Position numbers and translations under genes: made by a program
Origin: the human T2T-CHM13v2.0 reference genome, Homo sapiens
Assembly: GCF_009914755.1 (NCBI RefSeq)
Contig: NC_060925.1
Direction: 5' to 3' (one strand)
DNA: 64,000 nucleotides
In this document: in pieces, positions 37,401-51,639 of the stretch
How the letters are laid out: the number at the start of each line of letters is the position of its first letter
Position numbering within the stretch: position 1 is the first letter of the stretch
The notes under the pieces: model-generated
Seen by the model: the letters and a program-made list of their open reading frames with translations, nothing else
What the model was told of the DNA's origin: nothing
Database searches by the model: none

Positions 37401-39518
37401 AAGAAATCAAATTATTCTTATTTGCAGCTGATATGATTATATATTTGGAGAAACCTAAAGCCTCCACCAACAAACTATTGGAACTGATAAACAAATTCAG
37501 TACAGTTGAAGGCTATAAAATCAACATGCAAAAATCAGTAGCATTTCTATATGCCAAAACAAAAAACCTGAAGAAGAAATCAAGAAAGTAATCTTATTTA
37601 CAATAGTTACAACTAAGATAAAATATATAAGGATTAACAAAAGAAGTGAAAGACCTCTACAATGAAAACTATAGAACATTGATGCAAGAAATGGAAGAGG
37701 ACACAAAAATATAAGAGATATTTCATATTCATGGATTTAAAGAATCAAAATTGTTAGAAAGTCCATACTATCCAAAGTAATTTACAGATTTAATGCAAAC
37801 CCTATCAAAATACCAACGACTAGACAAAAATTTTAAAAATCCTAAAATTTATATGGAAGCACTAAAGACCCAGGATAGCCAAAGCTATCCCAAGCAAAAA
37901 AAAAGAACAAAACTGGGGGAATAACATTACCTGACTTTAAATTGCACTGCAGAGTTATGGTAACCAAAAAGGCATGGTACTGGCATCAGAACAGACACAA
38001 CAATCAGTGGAACAAAAATAGAAAACCCAGAGATAAATTCATACATCTACGGTGAGCTCATTTTTGACAAGGATGCCAAGAACATATACTAGGGGAAAGA
38101 TAGTTTCTTCAATAAATGATGCTAAGTAAACTGGATATCTGCATGCAAAAGAATGAAATAGACCTCTATCTCTCACCATATAAGAAAGTCAAATCAAAAT
38201 AGATTGGAGCCTTAAATCTCAGACCTCACACTGTGAAACAACTACAAGAAAACATTGGGGAAACTCTCCAGAAAATTGGACTGGACAAAGATTTCTTGAG
38301 GAATGCCCCAAAAGCGCAGGCAACCAAAGCAAAAATGGACAAATGGGATCACATCAAGTTAAACAACTTCTGCATAGAAAAGGAAAGGATCCATAAAGTG
38401 AAAGGACAACTCACAGCATGGGAGAAAATGTTTGTAAACTACCCCTCTGACAAGGAATTAATAATCAGGATATATAAGGAATGTGAACAGCTCTACAGGA
38501 AAAAAAAATACAATAATCCAATTTTTAAAAAGGACAAAAGATCTGACTAGATATTTATCAAAAGAAGACATACTAATAGCAAACAGGTATTTGAAAAAGT
38601 GCTAAATATCATTGCTTATCAGAGAAATGCAAATCAAAACTACAATGAGATATCATCTCACCCTAGTTAATATGGTTTTTATACAAAAGAAGGACAATAA
38701 CAAATGCTGGCAAGAACATGGGGAAAAGGAAACCCTCATACACTTTTGATAAGAATGTAAATTAGTATAACCATTATGGAGAACAATTTGAAGATTCCTC
38801 AAAAATCTAAAAATGACACTACCATACAATCTAGCAATCCCACACTTGGGTATATACCCAAAAAAAAGAAAATCAGTATATTACAGCGATATCTGCACTT
38901 TCATGTTTATTGAAGCACTATTCACAATAGCCAAGATTTAGAAGCAACCTAAGTGTCCATCAACAGATGAATGGATAAAAAACAAAATGTGGTACATATA
39001 CATAATGGAGTACTATTCAACCATAAAGAAGAATGAGATCTTGTCATTTGCAACAACATGAATGGGACTGTAGGTCATTATGTTAAGTGAGATAAGCCAG
39101 GTACAGAAAGACAAACTTCCTATGTTCTTACTTATTTGTGGGAGCTAAACATTAATATGATTGAACTCATGCATATAGAGAGTAGAAGATGGTTGCCAGT
39201 GGCTGAAAAGGGTAGTGGAGGGGGAGATATGCGGGAATAAGGGAAAGTGGGGATGGTTAATGGCCATAGAAAAATAGAAAGAATAAATAAGACCTAATAT
39301 TTTCTAGCAAAACAGGATAACTATAGTCAAAAATAATTTAATTGTACATTTAAAAATAACTAAAAGAGTATTATTGGATTGTAACACAAAGGATAAATGC
39401 TTAAGGTGATGGAGACCCCATTTACCCTGACGTGATTATTACACATTGCATGCCCATATCAAAATATCTCATGAAACCCACAAATATATATACCCACAAA
39501 AATTTTTAAAAAAATAAA
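31473..39518 (+). mobile_element. Full-length dead L1 (L1MA1-3/L1MA2-like), ~8 kb
   Basis: 'gggggcaagcaagatggccaaatagaag' 5' end, ~2-kb 5'UTR, ORF1, ORF2 fragments ([12 protein letters not shown]; [18 protein letters not shown]; LFAADM), L1MA2-type 3'UTR; residual TSD ctaaaca. Confidence 0.95.
35695..36065 (-). mobile_element. THE1D/MSTA-like solo LTR inside L1 ORF2
   Basis: tgtatt...aaaccatatca; 5-bp TSD acatg/acacg. Confidence 0.92.
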
Positions 39519-39524
39519 GACTAA

Positions 39525-39860
39525 ACATAGTTCCCAGGGGTTTTGTACCTGTAGTATCATCAGACTGGAATGTTATTCTTTAAGATAACCCACATAGCTC
39601 CTTCCCTCACATTCTTCAGATCTTGGCTCAAATGTCATTACCTCAGAGAAGCCTTCTCTGACCACCCTATATAATAGCACTCCCCAATAACCACGCTACC
39701 CTACACTGAAGTACTTCCTGTCTCGTTCTTTTCTGTGTTTCTCACTAGAATGAAGGTTTCTTCAAACCGGATAATTTTCCTGATATGCTTACTGCTGAAT
39801 TTCCAATATCTAAATCAACATTTGTCACAAAGAAGGTGCTTAATGAATATACATTGAAAA
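39525..39860 (+). mobile_element. L2 3' end (continuation of the L2 at 29850-31472)
   Basis: 'ctcaaatgtcattacctcagagaagccttctctgaccaccctat...ctagaatgaagg...ggtgcttaatgaatat'. Confidence 0.8.
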
Positions 39861-40659
39861 AATGGCGTAGATGACATTTGTTGCACTGTTAATCACTTTT
39901 TTTTTCTTTTTTCTCATTATCTCATTAGTACAATAGAACTTTAGCATCTGTCTGCAGAAAATATAGCCCAACTTCACCCATAATTCTTCAAAGGACAACA
40001 AAAGGAAATGAAAAACTAAGGTGTCAAATATATTCAATTTCCTTTTAACACCCATTGTCTGGTTTACTTTAAATCCTCTCTAACTTATTTTAAGCTCTTT
40101 ATTGAGGTGGACAAGAACATCACCAAATTTTCCTTAGTAACCTGGGAGGTGAAATATAAGAAAATTAAATATACTAAAATAATTTCACCAAATAATCACT
40201 ATTGTGTTCTTATGCCAGATGGAAGGCAGTGAGCTATTATTACTGCTTGTGAGACTTTGAATTAAAGTCTCCTCTAAAAGACATATTTAAAAAATTCCTT
40301 AAAGTATGCTGTAAATATCCAGAAATGATACTGAACTTTGCACAACTGTGAGACCAATTTACATTTTCAGGGACTATTAATTCCTTGGATAGAAAGATCA
40401 GCACTGAGATTTAAAATATCAAATGATTATTTCTAGATTTTAATCTCTCATCCATGTGAAACATCTGAATATGTCAAATTATGAACATTTGTCCATTTCA
40501 CTCTACTCAGATCAGTTGTTGGACTCAAAAGGATTATTGAATAACATGTATCTGTTATAGTTATGATAATGTTACAATGGCTATAATTTATTAATGGCTT
40601 TAGACATAACCATATCATATTTATTTCCTACTTAAAACATTCCAAAAGCTTTCCATTAC

Positions 40660-40925
40660 ATACATTTGTTCCATCTCTTTATCGACACTTGATATGGTCA
40701 ATCTTTCAAATCTAGCTTTTCTGTTGGGTATATGGTAGTATCCCATTGTGATTTAAATTTCACTTTCTTAATGACTAATAATGTTGAGCATTTTTTTTTC
40801 ATGCAGTTATTTGTCACTATATAACTTTTTTGGTAAAGTGTCTTTCCAAGTCTTTACCCACAAATATGGCTATCATGGTAAATGTTTGTATGTGGACCTA
40901 AAAATAATGCATATTTGGCTGTTGG
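40660..40925 (-). mobile_element. Old L1M fragments
   Basis: 'tggtagtatcccattgtgatttaaatttcac...aatgactaataatgttgagcatttt' antisense ORF2 3' part. Confidence 0.7.
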
Positions 40926-40929
40926 CAAT

Positions 40930-41376
40930 TTTGGAGATCACATAGTGAAAGTGGAAGCAAGGGGGAGGAGAGGTGCCAGGTCCTTTTGAACAACCAACTC
41001 TTGCAGGAACTAATAGAGCAAAAGCTCACTCACCTTCAAGGATGGCATTAATCAATTCATGAGGAATCTGCCCCCATGACCCAAACACCTTCCGTTAAAC
41101 CCCACCTTAAACAATGAGGATCAAACTTCTTTTTCTATTCCTTAATATTGTTATTATTATTATTATTATTTTTAGAGACAGTATCTCACTCTGTTGCCCA
41201 GGCTGGAGTGCATTGGCTATTCACAGGTACATCATAGAGAACTGCAGCTTCCAACTGCTGGGCTCAGGTGACCCTCCTGCCTTAGCCTCTTGAGTAGCTG
41301 GGACTACAGGGATGCCTGGCTTTGAGGATCAAATTTCAGCATGAGCTTTAGTGGGACCAACAACCAAACCATAGCA
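40930..41376 (-). mobile_element. MST (MSTB/C-like) LTR, partial, split by a FAM
   Basis: 'ggcattaatcaattcatgaggaatctgcccccatgacccaaacacc...aaccaaaccatagca'. Confidence 0.85.
41130..41322 (-). mobile_element. FAM (fossil Alu monomer)
   Basis: Monomer retaining the 7SL-derived 'ggctattcacagg' segment; 15-bp TSD tgaggatcaaa(c/t)ttc at 41115 and 41323. Confidence 0.85.
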
Positions 41377-41377
41377 G

Positions 41378-43830
41378 TTTTTTTCCCTTTAGCTGCTTTT
41401 AAGAGATTCCTTTTATAACAAATTGTAAGCAATTTGATTCTGAAGTGACTTGTTTTCTTCACATTTCTCTTGCTCAGTATCTTTGAATTTCTTGGAACTT
41501 TGGGTTTATAGTTCTCACCGATTTGGAACTTTTTCAGCCATTATTTTTTCAAATATTTTTATGTATTCTCCTTTCTCTGCTCTCAATCAGGCATTCCAAG
41601 TACATACACATTAGCCTGCTTGAAGTTGTCCCACTCTTCACTAATGCTGGGGTTTTTTTTAAATTTTTTTTTTCTTTCCATAGTTTCTGTTGGATGGTTT
41701 CTATTGCTATGTCATCAAGTTTATCAACTTTTATCCTCCATCTTTATTAATATGCTGTTTATTCCTTGTCATTTTAGTGATTGTATTTTTCATCTCTAGA
41801 TGGTTACTGGGGGTCTTTTAAAAATACCTTTTATTGGGGGAACCCACCCCCAATATTTCAACGTAGGTTCTTTCTCTTTTCCATAAGTGTCAGCCAGCTG
41901 AGAAATAAAGAGAGACAGTATAAAGAGAGGAATTTTACAGCTGGACAGCTGGGGGTGACATCACATATTGGTAGGACCATGATGCCTGCCTGAGTCTCAG
42001 ACCAGCAAGTTTTTATTAAGGGTTTCAAAAGGGGAGGGGGTGTAAGAACAGGGAGTAGGTACAAAGATCACATGCTTCAAAGGGCAAAAAGCAGAACTAC
42101 TAATAAGGGTCTAACAAAGATCACATGCTTCTGAGGGAACAGGACAAAAGGCAAAAGCAGAACTACTGATAAGGGTCCAACAAAGATCACAAGGCAAAGG
42201 GCAAAAGCAGAACCACTGATAAGGAGACGTCTATGTTCAGGGGTGCATGTATTGTCTTGATAAACATCTTAAATAACAGAAAACAGGGTTCAACAGCAGA
42301 GAACTGGTCTGACCACAAATTTACCAGGGCAGAGTTTTTCCCCACCCTAGTAAGCCTGAGGGTACTGCAGGAGACCAGGGTGTACCTCAGTCCTTATCTC
42401 AACCGCATAAGACAGACATTCCCAGAGTGGCTGTTTATAGACCTCCCCCCCAGGAATGTATTCCTTTCCCAGGGTATTAATATTAATATTCCTTGCTAGG
42501 AAAAGAATTTCACAATGTCTCTCCTACTTACATGTCCATTTATAGGCTCTCTGCAAGAAGAAAAATATGGCTTTTTTTGCCCAACCCCACAGGCAGTCAG
42601 ATCTTATGGTTATCTTCCCTTGTTCCCTAAAAATCACTGTTATTCTGTTCTTTTTCAAGGTGCACTGATTTCATATTGTTCAAAACACACATTTTACAAT
42701 CAATTTGTGCAGTTAACACAATTATCACAGTGGTTCTGAGGTGACATACATCCTCAGCCTACAAAGATAACAGGATTAAGAGATTAAAGACAGGCATAAG
42801 AAATTATAAAAGTATTTGGGAACTGATAAATGCCCATGAAATCTTCACAATTAATGTTTCTCTGCCACGGCTCCAGCTGGTCCCTCTGTTCCGGGTCCCT
42901 GACTTCCCACAACAATCTTTTATGTATTTACTTAATGTGTTCAATTTTTCCTCTTTTTTTAACATATGTACTACAGCTTTAATAAGTATTTTAAAGTCCT
43001 TGTTTAGTAATTTCATCATCTGTTCCATTTCAAGCTTAGTGTCTGCTTGCTGATATTTTTCTCCCCACTATGGCCTTTATTTTTGCACCTTTGCATACCA
43101 GGTAATTTTTAGTTCAATGCCAGCATCGTAAATTTTCCTTTGTTGGGTACTAAATATTTTTGTATTTCTATAAGTGCTCTTGAGCTTTTTTCTGGTGTGC
43201 ATTACCTAGACACTATTTAATTCTTTCCAGATTGCTTTTAAGTTTTGTTATACAGGCCCAGAAAAGTATTTAGGCTAGGGCTAATTTTGCCCCACTCCTA
43301 AAACAATACCCTTTGGTACTTCACCCAATGTACCTTGAATTATAAAGCTTACCTCTTTAGTTGGTAGAAATTAGAAAGATTCTCAGCCTTGTGTTAGCCA
43401 TGGAGATTGTTCCTGCTGCTCTTTCTGGGCGATTTTCTCATTTTTGGGTAGTTTCTTTACACTGGTGAAGTCTTCCAGTCTTCCAGGTGAAAACTCAAAT
43501 GCAGACCCCCTGTAGATCTGTGAGAGGTCTGCGTAGAGCTCTCTCCATCCTGTACTCTGTCTTGAGAACTCTAGTTTCCTTAGGCCACTCCCAGGCTCTG
43601 GGCTTATTTGTTTAACTCAGGGAATTTGATGGCCTCTGCTTGGATTCTGCTTTCATGTGATGCTTCTGGGAAACTCTTTGAGGCAGTTAGCTGGGGAAAT
43701 TATTGATTTTACTTCCTTTGGTTACTCTCTCTCAGATTGAAAATCACTATTTCTTATATGTTGATCTATTTTTAGTTGTTTAAGATATAATGGAATATCC
43801 TGTGCCTGTTATCCCCTTTTAGTTCAAAGC
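41378..43830 (-). mobile_element. Old L1M ORF1/5' region, split by MER11
   Basis: 'tttggaactttttcagccattattttttcaaatatttt' antisense ORF1, continuing after 42920. Confidence 0.7.
41832..42914 (-). mobile_element. MER11 (MER11A-like, HERV-K11/HML-8) solo LTR
   Basis: 'tattgggggaacccacccccaatatttcaacgtagg...gggtccctgacttcccacaaca'; internal ~55-bp repeats at 42061-42225; 6-bp TSD accttt/atcttt. Confidence 0.94.
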
Positions 43831-44530
43831 ATAAAACCACACAAATATTTTCGAAATATAGAAGACCAGTTCTATGCCTCAGAAAGCTAACACCAACTTT
43901 TCCTCCTACCGGGGTATCAAAGGATTAGAGAAGTGATGAATACCTGCTTTTGTGGTGGGAGAGTGCTGCTGAAGCATCAAAATCATCCTGTGTTCACAGA
44001 GTTTGTTGAAGCAGGAGTTGCTATGACCCAAATATGGAGTACATGGCAGAGCATCACAAGCTCTCTTCCTGTCTAATAGGTCCTCTTGTTGGTTAAAAGG
44101 TTTCAGCAGAATGAGGTGAGAAGTGGACTGCAGGATGCTCAGTAGATGGGCAAGGAGGACCAGTAATCACAAAGAAGATATATGCATCCTCTCGGGTAAA
44201 CTAGATTCCAGAATCGAAGGCATGAGAAAACTTTCTAAATAGCCTATGAAAACGCTCCAAAAGGTACTCAACTTTAATCTTCTAGGGATCCACTTAGGCT
44301 CACTGACTTTAACAACATTCCAATCCCAGAGAACATGAAGCCAAACAGCTCGGTAAAAATTGTCCTATCCTCTTTACCTCTTTCCCTTGCCTCCTAGCTT
44401 CAATCAAAATATTTGCAGCTAAAAGAAAAGAGGAGAGCAAAGAGAGAGCAGGTAGCAGAAGCAGCATGTCTGCCGTCTCCACACCAGCTTCCAACCAACT
44501 CCAAAGGGAAGATAAAATTTAACTCTCCCT

Positions 44531-44959
44531 TTATATGGTTTGGATCTGTATCCCCACCCAGATCTCATGTTCAATTGTAATTCTCAATGTTGAAGGTGGG
44601 ACCTGGTGAGAGGTGATTGGGTCTTGCAGGCAGGTTTCTCATCAGTGGTTTAGCACCACACCCATGGTGCTGTTCTCATGATAGTGAATGAGTTCTTGTG
44701 AGATCCGCTCATTTAAACACATTTAACACCTCTCCCATCTCTTCCCTGCTCCTTTTCTGGCCATGTGATGTGTATGCTCCCCTTTCACTTTCCACCATGT
44801 TTGTAAGTTTCCTGAGGCTTCCTCAGAAGCTGAGCAGATGCCAGCATCATGCTTCCTATATAGCCTATGGAACCATGAGCCAATTAAACCCCTTTTCTTT
44901 ATAAATTACCCAATCTCAGATATTTTTTATAGTAGTGAGAGAATAAATAGACTAACAGA
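44531..44959 (+). mobile_element. MSTA-like solo LTR
   Basis: 'atatggtttggatctgtatccccacccagatctcatg...ataaattacccaatctcagatatt...actaacaga'. Confidence 0.9.
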
Positions 44960-45262
44960 AACTCAAGCAAAGAGTTATCATTACATCGTATGTACTTTCT
45001 AAATATTGAATTGTGACTTTGTTGTAACTGAAATTAACCTAAAAAAGATTAGCTGCCTTATTAAGGACATAGAGCTAGTCAGTGACAATGCTGAACTTAA
45101 AACATAGGTCTATTCAACCCCAAGTTCCTTACCACCTAATAAGCAAATAAGCCAAGTCTCTGCATTTCACACATACAGACTTATGTTAATAAGATTTTTT
45201 AGGGTGAGGAACTCAACTCCTCAGTTTTCCAACATATAAATAGAATTAAATAGTAACTGTTG

Positions 45263-45570
45263 GGCTGGGCACAGTGGCTGATATTTGTAATCTCAGCACT
45301 TTGGGAGACCAAGACAAGAGAATTGCTTGAGGCCAGGAGTTCGAGACCAGTCTGGTCAACATAGTGAGAACCTGTCTCTACAAAAAATACAAAAACTAAC
45401 AGGGTGTGGTAGTATGTGCTGTAGTCCCAGCTAGTTGGCAGACAGGTGGGAGGATCACTTGAGACCAGAAGTTCAAGGCTGCAGTGAGCCATGATTATGT
45501 CACTGAACTCCAGCCTGGATGACAGAAGGAGAACATGTCTCATAATAATAACAACAATAACAACAACAAC
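45263..45570 (+). mobile_element. Alu (AluJ-like) with (AAT/AAC)n tail
   Basis: Full Alu; TSD taactgttg. Confidence 0.95.
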
Positions 45571-46332
45571 AATAACTGTTGATCAGTGGTCTAACAATCT
45601 CATTCAGTCAAAAAAATTCAGTGCTATATTTAAAGACCTTATGTGTTCTCAATATCTCAGGACAATTCTGCATAACTTTATTCTTTTAAGTCAAGTTATT
45701 AAATATGAATTTAATATATATTTATAATGCTTCATGTAAACAAGCTAAGAAATAAAAAAAATCCTTTCTCAGATAATGCATCTTATCTTAATAGTAAGAT
45801 AAATAATTAAAAAATTGTTTTGTTTATATATAAGAAATAGGTACCTGGGCCCTCCCATGAGCCTGGCACTGGGCTAGTTGCCAGGGATACAGCAGACATA
45901 AAGACAGACACAATCACCACAACCTGAACATTCTAATTTAGTAAGAAAAACTGATAGGTGCAAGTAACTGCAAACATAAATTGTATTACAAAATATAAGT
46001 GCAATACATTAATGACATCAAAGTCTAATCTGCTTAGGAGTGATAGGGAGGGTTTCCCCAGAAAAAAAAAAAAATGTTTGAGTCCAAAGAAGGTGGACTA
46101 AATGAAGATGGCATTAGTGGAAGAGTAGGAGACTGCTTACACCATTATAATATGTCAATCAATGTAGGATAGAGGCCAGGCTTTGTCAGTGTTGTTGGCG
46201 TTTCACTTTTTTTATGATTATAAAACAAGTTTATTTTTGTATAAAATGCAAGTAGTACCAAAAAGAGATACAAAATATAAAACATACTCCCTATAATTAC
46301 TATGACCCTCCTGCTAACAGTTTGGAGTATGA

Positions 46333-46697
<365 letters not shown>

Positions 46698-47315
46698 CTA
46701 TAATAATATAGGATATTATTATATATTATTATACTATATTATTGTAATATATAATAATAGCATCATAAAATTTCTAGAAGATCTCTCTTCATATCAATAA
46801 TATAAATATAACACATATCCTTAGGTACATGGAGTATAAAAATTGATTAAGCCAATTTATGTCAAAATTGTCTTCGTTTTTGAAAATATTACTAACAATG
46901 GTAGAATAAATAATCTGTGTATATATTTTCTCCACTTTCCTAATTCCCTCCAGAATAAATTAGGAGTTGGAATTTCTGGATCAAATTTAAACTTGGTATT
47001 TAAACAAAGCTGTTCAAAAATAATATAAATGCTATAGTCAATATGTTCACTTTTTAGATACTAGAATATCATCCTTATTTTTACCAAGAAATATATTAAA
47101 ATATATATAAAATATATCATAATGTCCTCAGTTGTACTCCACATTTATTCAGAATATCGACTCATTTAGACAGATAAACATGATGATCAATCACCAAAAT
47201 GAAACAACAATGTCTAAATGTAATCGGTCAACATACACTAATTTCATTGAAATGTTGCAGAGGGAAATAAAAAACACTAAATGAGAGTTTTTCTGAGCAG
47301 TAATTACTAACCAAC

Positions 47316-47677
47316 TGTATTAGTCTGTCCTTATGCTGGTATGAAAAAATACCCGCGACTGGGTAATTTATAAAGAAAAGAGGTTTAATTGACTCACAGC
47401 TCTGCATGGCTGGGGAGGCTCCAGGAAACTTACATACATGGCAGAAGTCACCTCTTCACAGGGTGGCAGGAGAGAGAAGTGCCAAGCAAAAGGAGGAAAA
47501 GTCCCTTATAAAATCATCAGATCTCGTGAGAACTCACTCACTATCATGAGAAAAGCATGAGAGTAATCACTCCTATGAAGGAATTACCTACTACCAGGTC
47601 CCTCCCTCAACCTATGGGGATTATAGGCACTAGAATTCAGGGTGAGATTTGGGTGGGGACACAGCCAAACCATACCA
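47316..47677 (-). mobile_element. THE1 (THE1D-like) solo LTR
   Basis: 'tgtattagtctg...gactgggtaatttataaagaaaagagg...gggtggggacacagccaaaccatacca'. Confidence 0.92.
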
Positions 47678-49586
47678 AAAACCAAAACATAAAATGTGAA
47701 CTTAATATTTCAATTTTGATATTTCCCTTTTTTGAAATTATGTTGGTATTTTTGGTAGTTTGGGTCTTGGAAAATCAATTTGGATAATATTGATAAACTT
47801 AGTTTTTTAGTAATGAAAATAAAAATGATTCTTTTTTTTTCAGTTGATCTGCCATATTGAAACTTATATATGGACAATACCTTTTCAAAATGGCTACCTT
47901 GTGATTTGGAAAGATACCATGAGGTCACTCAAACTTTATTATTATCCAACATTGAGTTGCATTTTAAATTTGCTATTTGATGTGATTGCTATTTGTGGAT
48001 ATCAGCAGAAGTTGTTTACAAAAAGGAATACAGTTTGATTTCCTTTTTCATATTAACATCAACTTTAAATTCTGATCTTAAGGAATAACATTTCACTTTT
48101 TTTATTTAAACAAGAATTCTCTCCTTGAATTTGAATCTCTAGCCCATAATAGGTAGAATTTTTCTACTAAGTGCTTGAACACTATGCTCTAATTTCAGTA
48201 ATGACAATCTGTTTTTCACGGCCTACAACCCATCCTTTATCTGTGACAGCACATGCAAAGTTAAAGTTATTTTATCAGCAAGCATATCTAGATAAAAATG
48301 ATACTTTTGATACATTGTAGACTCATTGCTTCAGTTATGATGGAAAACTTGAAATTAATGTTACCATAATGTTGTAAGTTAAAAATAAAATGTGCAACTT
48401 TCCAAGGAAAGTCCAGCTAGCAGAAACCCTATAGGGAAGTTCATATCTTAATGAATATGTCATGGTTCAGAATTTGGCCCTTAGACTTGAATCACCAAAT
48501 ATTGTGCTTTATCAGTTTCTTTGAGATTATTAGGCTTTCTATGATAAGCTCATACCAACCAGATTCCCAAAAGATATATGTACATAGATGAGTAGATAAA
48601 TGATATAGTCAATTCCTTAAGTTAATGTCCTAAAAAAATGGTTTTATTATTCATCCCTATGTTGAACAATTTTTTTTTCCCAGTGTCAAGGTACCTATGA
48701 AGTGGAATTAATAACTTTAAGGTTGCTTGATGAGGGTGAAATCAGATAAATTGCAAGAGAATAATTCAAATAGTTATCTTATTTGGGACAAGATGAGACC
48801 TACCGAAGCTTTCTTCTCCAAAGGACAGATGACTTCCCTGAAGACCACATATCTTTTATTGGATAATAAAGGAAAATATCCTAATCTGCCTTTCACAACT
48901 GCCTCTGTAATCTGGTCACTGTCATGCATTGAAATTCTTTCTCAGGTAACTATGGTAAAGTGTTGAGAGTCTGCTTATTCCCAACAGATAATTATTTAAT
49001 TGATTTAATTTTCAAAACAAAACTTTATTTAATTTACAAGTGCTTGGACATATTCCCATACAGTCTACTCACAACACTTGCTAACTTTTTACCATACAGA
49101 AATGTTCATAAACTGTTGGATAAGGTCATGTAAATGTGTCTTCTCATTATGGTCATTAGATCTCACAAGCTAGAGAGTGGAAAACAGTTATCAACATCCT
49201 GTCTCAATAAAATGTCCTAGGTATACATAAGGAGTGTAAAATTTCCAAATGTCATGGTGCATTTAATTTCAGAGCTTTATATTTATCATAAGGAAAGTAG
49301 TATTTAACCATTGTTAAAATTTTGGAATATAAGGAATTATACAGGGAAATAAATAAAAATTACCCATCCATGTAAGGCCCAAAGATAATCACTCTGATAG
49401 CTTGTTATATTTCTTAATAGTTATTTCTATGCATATATGTTATTTTTGTATAGCTATGATGATACTAAGTTGTCTTATGTGCTGCCTAAACATTTCCTAT
49501 TGTTACTAAAATTTCTTTGAAATCATTTTTCCTCAGCACTTAAAAATGTATTGAGCATGTAGAAAGAACTCAACAAATGCTAAAGA

Positions 49587-50227
<641 letters not shown>

Positions 50228-50518
50228 TTACTACCCAGATCTTCCTCAACAGCTAATTATCTGCTGTATATCTTACTCTTTAACTGCAATTCCTTAGCAT
50301 TGTTATTTAGCTTCTTCTCTCAACCAACAATTTATTTCAAAAAGATTCAATCCTGTCATTTCAAGTAGTAATAGTATAGTCAACACCTATGTACCTTTCA
50401 CCTATGGTCACTCATTGTCATCTTCTGCCAAATTTGTTCTTTTCTTTGTTTTTTCCGTATATTCTGAATGATTGGGAAGGAAGTTGCATATTAAACCTAT
50501 GTACTTCCATGTCTGTAT

Positions 50519-50642
50519 ATGTAGTGGAAAACGCCCTACTGTATTTCTTCTAAGAGAATGAGAGTAAAAAAGGCAAATAATATTTCAGCATTATTATAAA
50601 TATACCTTTGTCCTTATGGAGTGCAGAGGAGTCTCAGGGACC
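50519..50642 (+). repeat. Partial second copy of the 3' part of the hAT element at 51102-51625
   Basis: Aligns with 51463-51590. Confidence 0.75.
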
Positions 50643-51101
50643 AGAGAGTGTTTGTATATATAGTATACCCATGTAAGTACACACATATAAAAAGTATTTA
50701 CAACACATGATTATAATAAACTTATGTATTGTATATATATATTATACATACATAGTTATGTATGTATATATAGTTCTGGGGTTAACAATATGTAGGGAAG
50801 TATTTATGTATCAATAGATAGTTCTTGATTATAGCGTCATAATTGCTGCTTAGAACTTCTTTACTTAATATCATAATTATTTAACTAATCTCCTATTTTT
50901 CTATATTTATTTTCAGTATTTTAAGAAAGCAATAATTAGTATTATTACTAACTTTTATTCCTACCAGAAATTTGTCGAGTGTTTTGATGAATGTAGCTTG
51001 TAGTTTTCAATCTGTTTGACCAACAATCCTAAAATCGTGTGTTCAATAAACTGTTCATTAAAACTTTACCTGCCATGTGATTTGAAATGCTTACTTCAGC
51101 A

Positions 51102-51625
51102 TAGCAATTCTCAAACATTTTGGTCTCAGAACTTCTTTATACTCTTAATATTAGTGAGGACCCCATAGATCTTCTGTGTATGAAATATAAACAAAAACAT
51201 GTTGTGTGTATTAATACTGTGTTCGACATTAAAAACTCATAAATTTGTGTAATATTTATTAATTGAAAAACAATGATAGACCTATTATATGTTATTATAA
51301 ATGAGATTTTGTACAAAATAATATTTTACAAAAGAAAAATATTTAGTGACATGAGTGGCTTTGTCTTGTACTTTTACAAATGTCTTTTATATCTAGCTTA
51401 ATAGAAGGTAGCTGGATTCTCTTATCTGTTTCTGCATTGAATTTATTGCAATATGATGCACCATGTAGCCTCTGGAAAATGCCCCACTGTATGCCTCTAA
51501 GAGAATGGCAGTGAAAACAGCAAATAATATTTTAGTATTATTATAAATATATCTTTGTCCTCCTGGACTGCAGAAGAATCTCATGAATCCTAGGGTTCTC
51601 CAAAGCGCACTTTGAGGACCTCTGC
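51102..51625 (+). mobile_element. hAT-Charlie DNA transposon (MER113-like)
   Basis: TIR-like ends 'agcaattctcaaacattttggtctcag' and 'cactttgaggacctctg'; internal 'gcttaatagaaggtagctggattctc'. Confidence 0.75.
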
Positions 51626-51639
51626 TTTAGCCTAACATG

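Noticed and set aside
24776-38550. ORFs with reverse-transcriptase/endonuclease similarity
   Set aside because: Short fragments of dead L1 ORF2 separated by stops and frameshifts; no intact ORF1 or ORF2
41170-41322. 7SL-like sequence as an ncRNA gene
   Set aside because: It is a decayed FAM monomer with tail and TSD and lacks the 7SL S domain
43860-44530. Possible ancient LTR (LTR78/Gypsy-like) around the MSTA element
   Set aside because: Similarity too weak to call by eye; needs a Dfam HMM search
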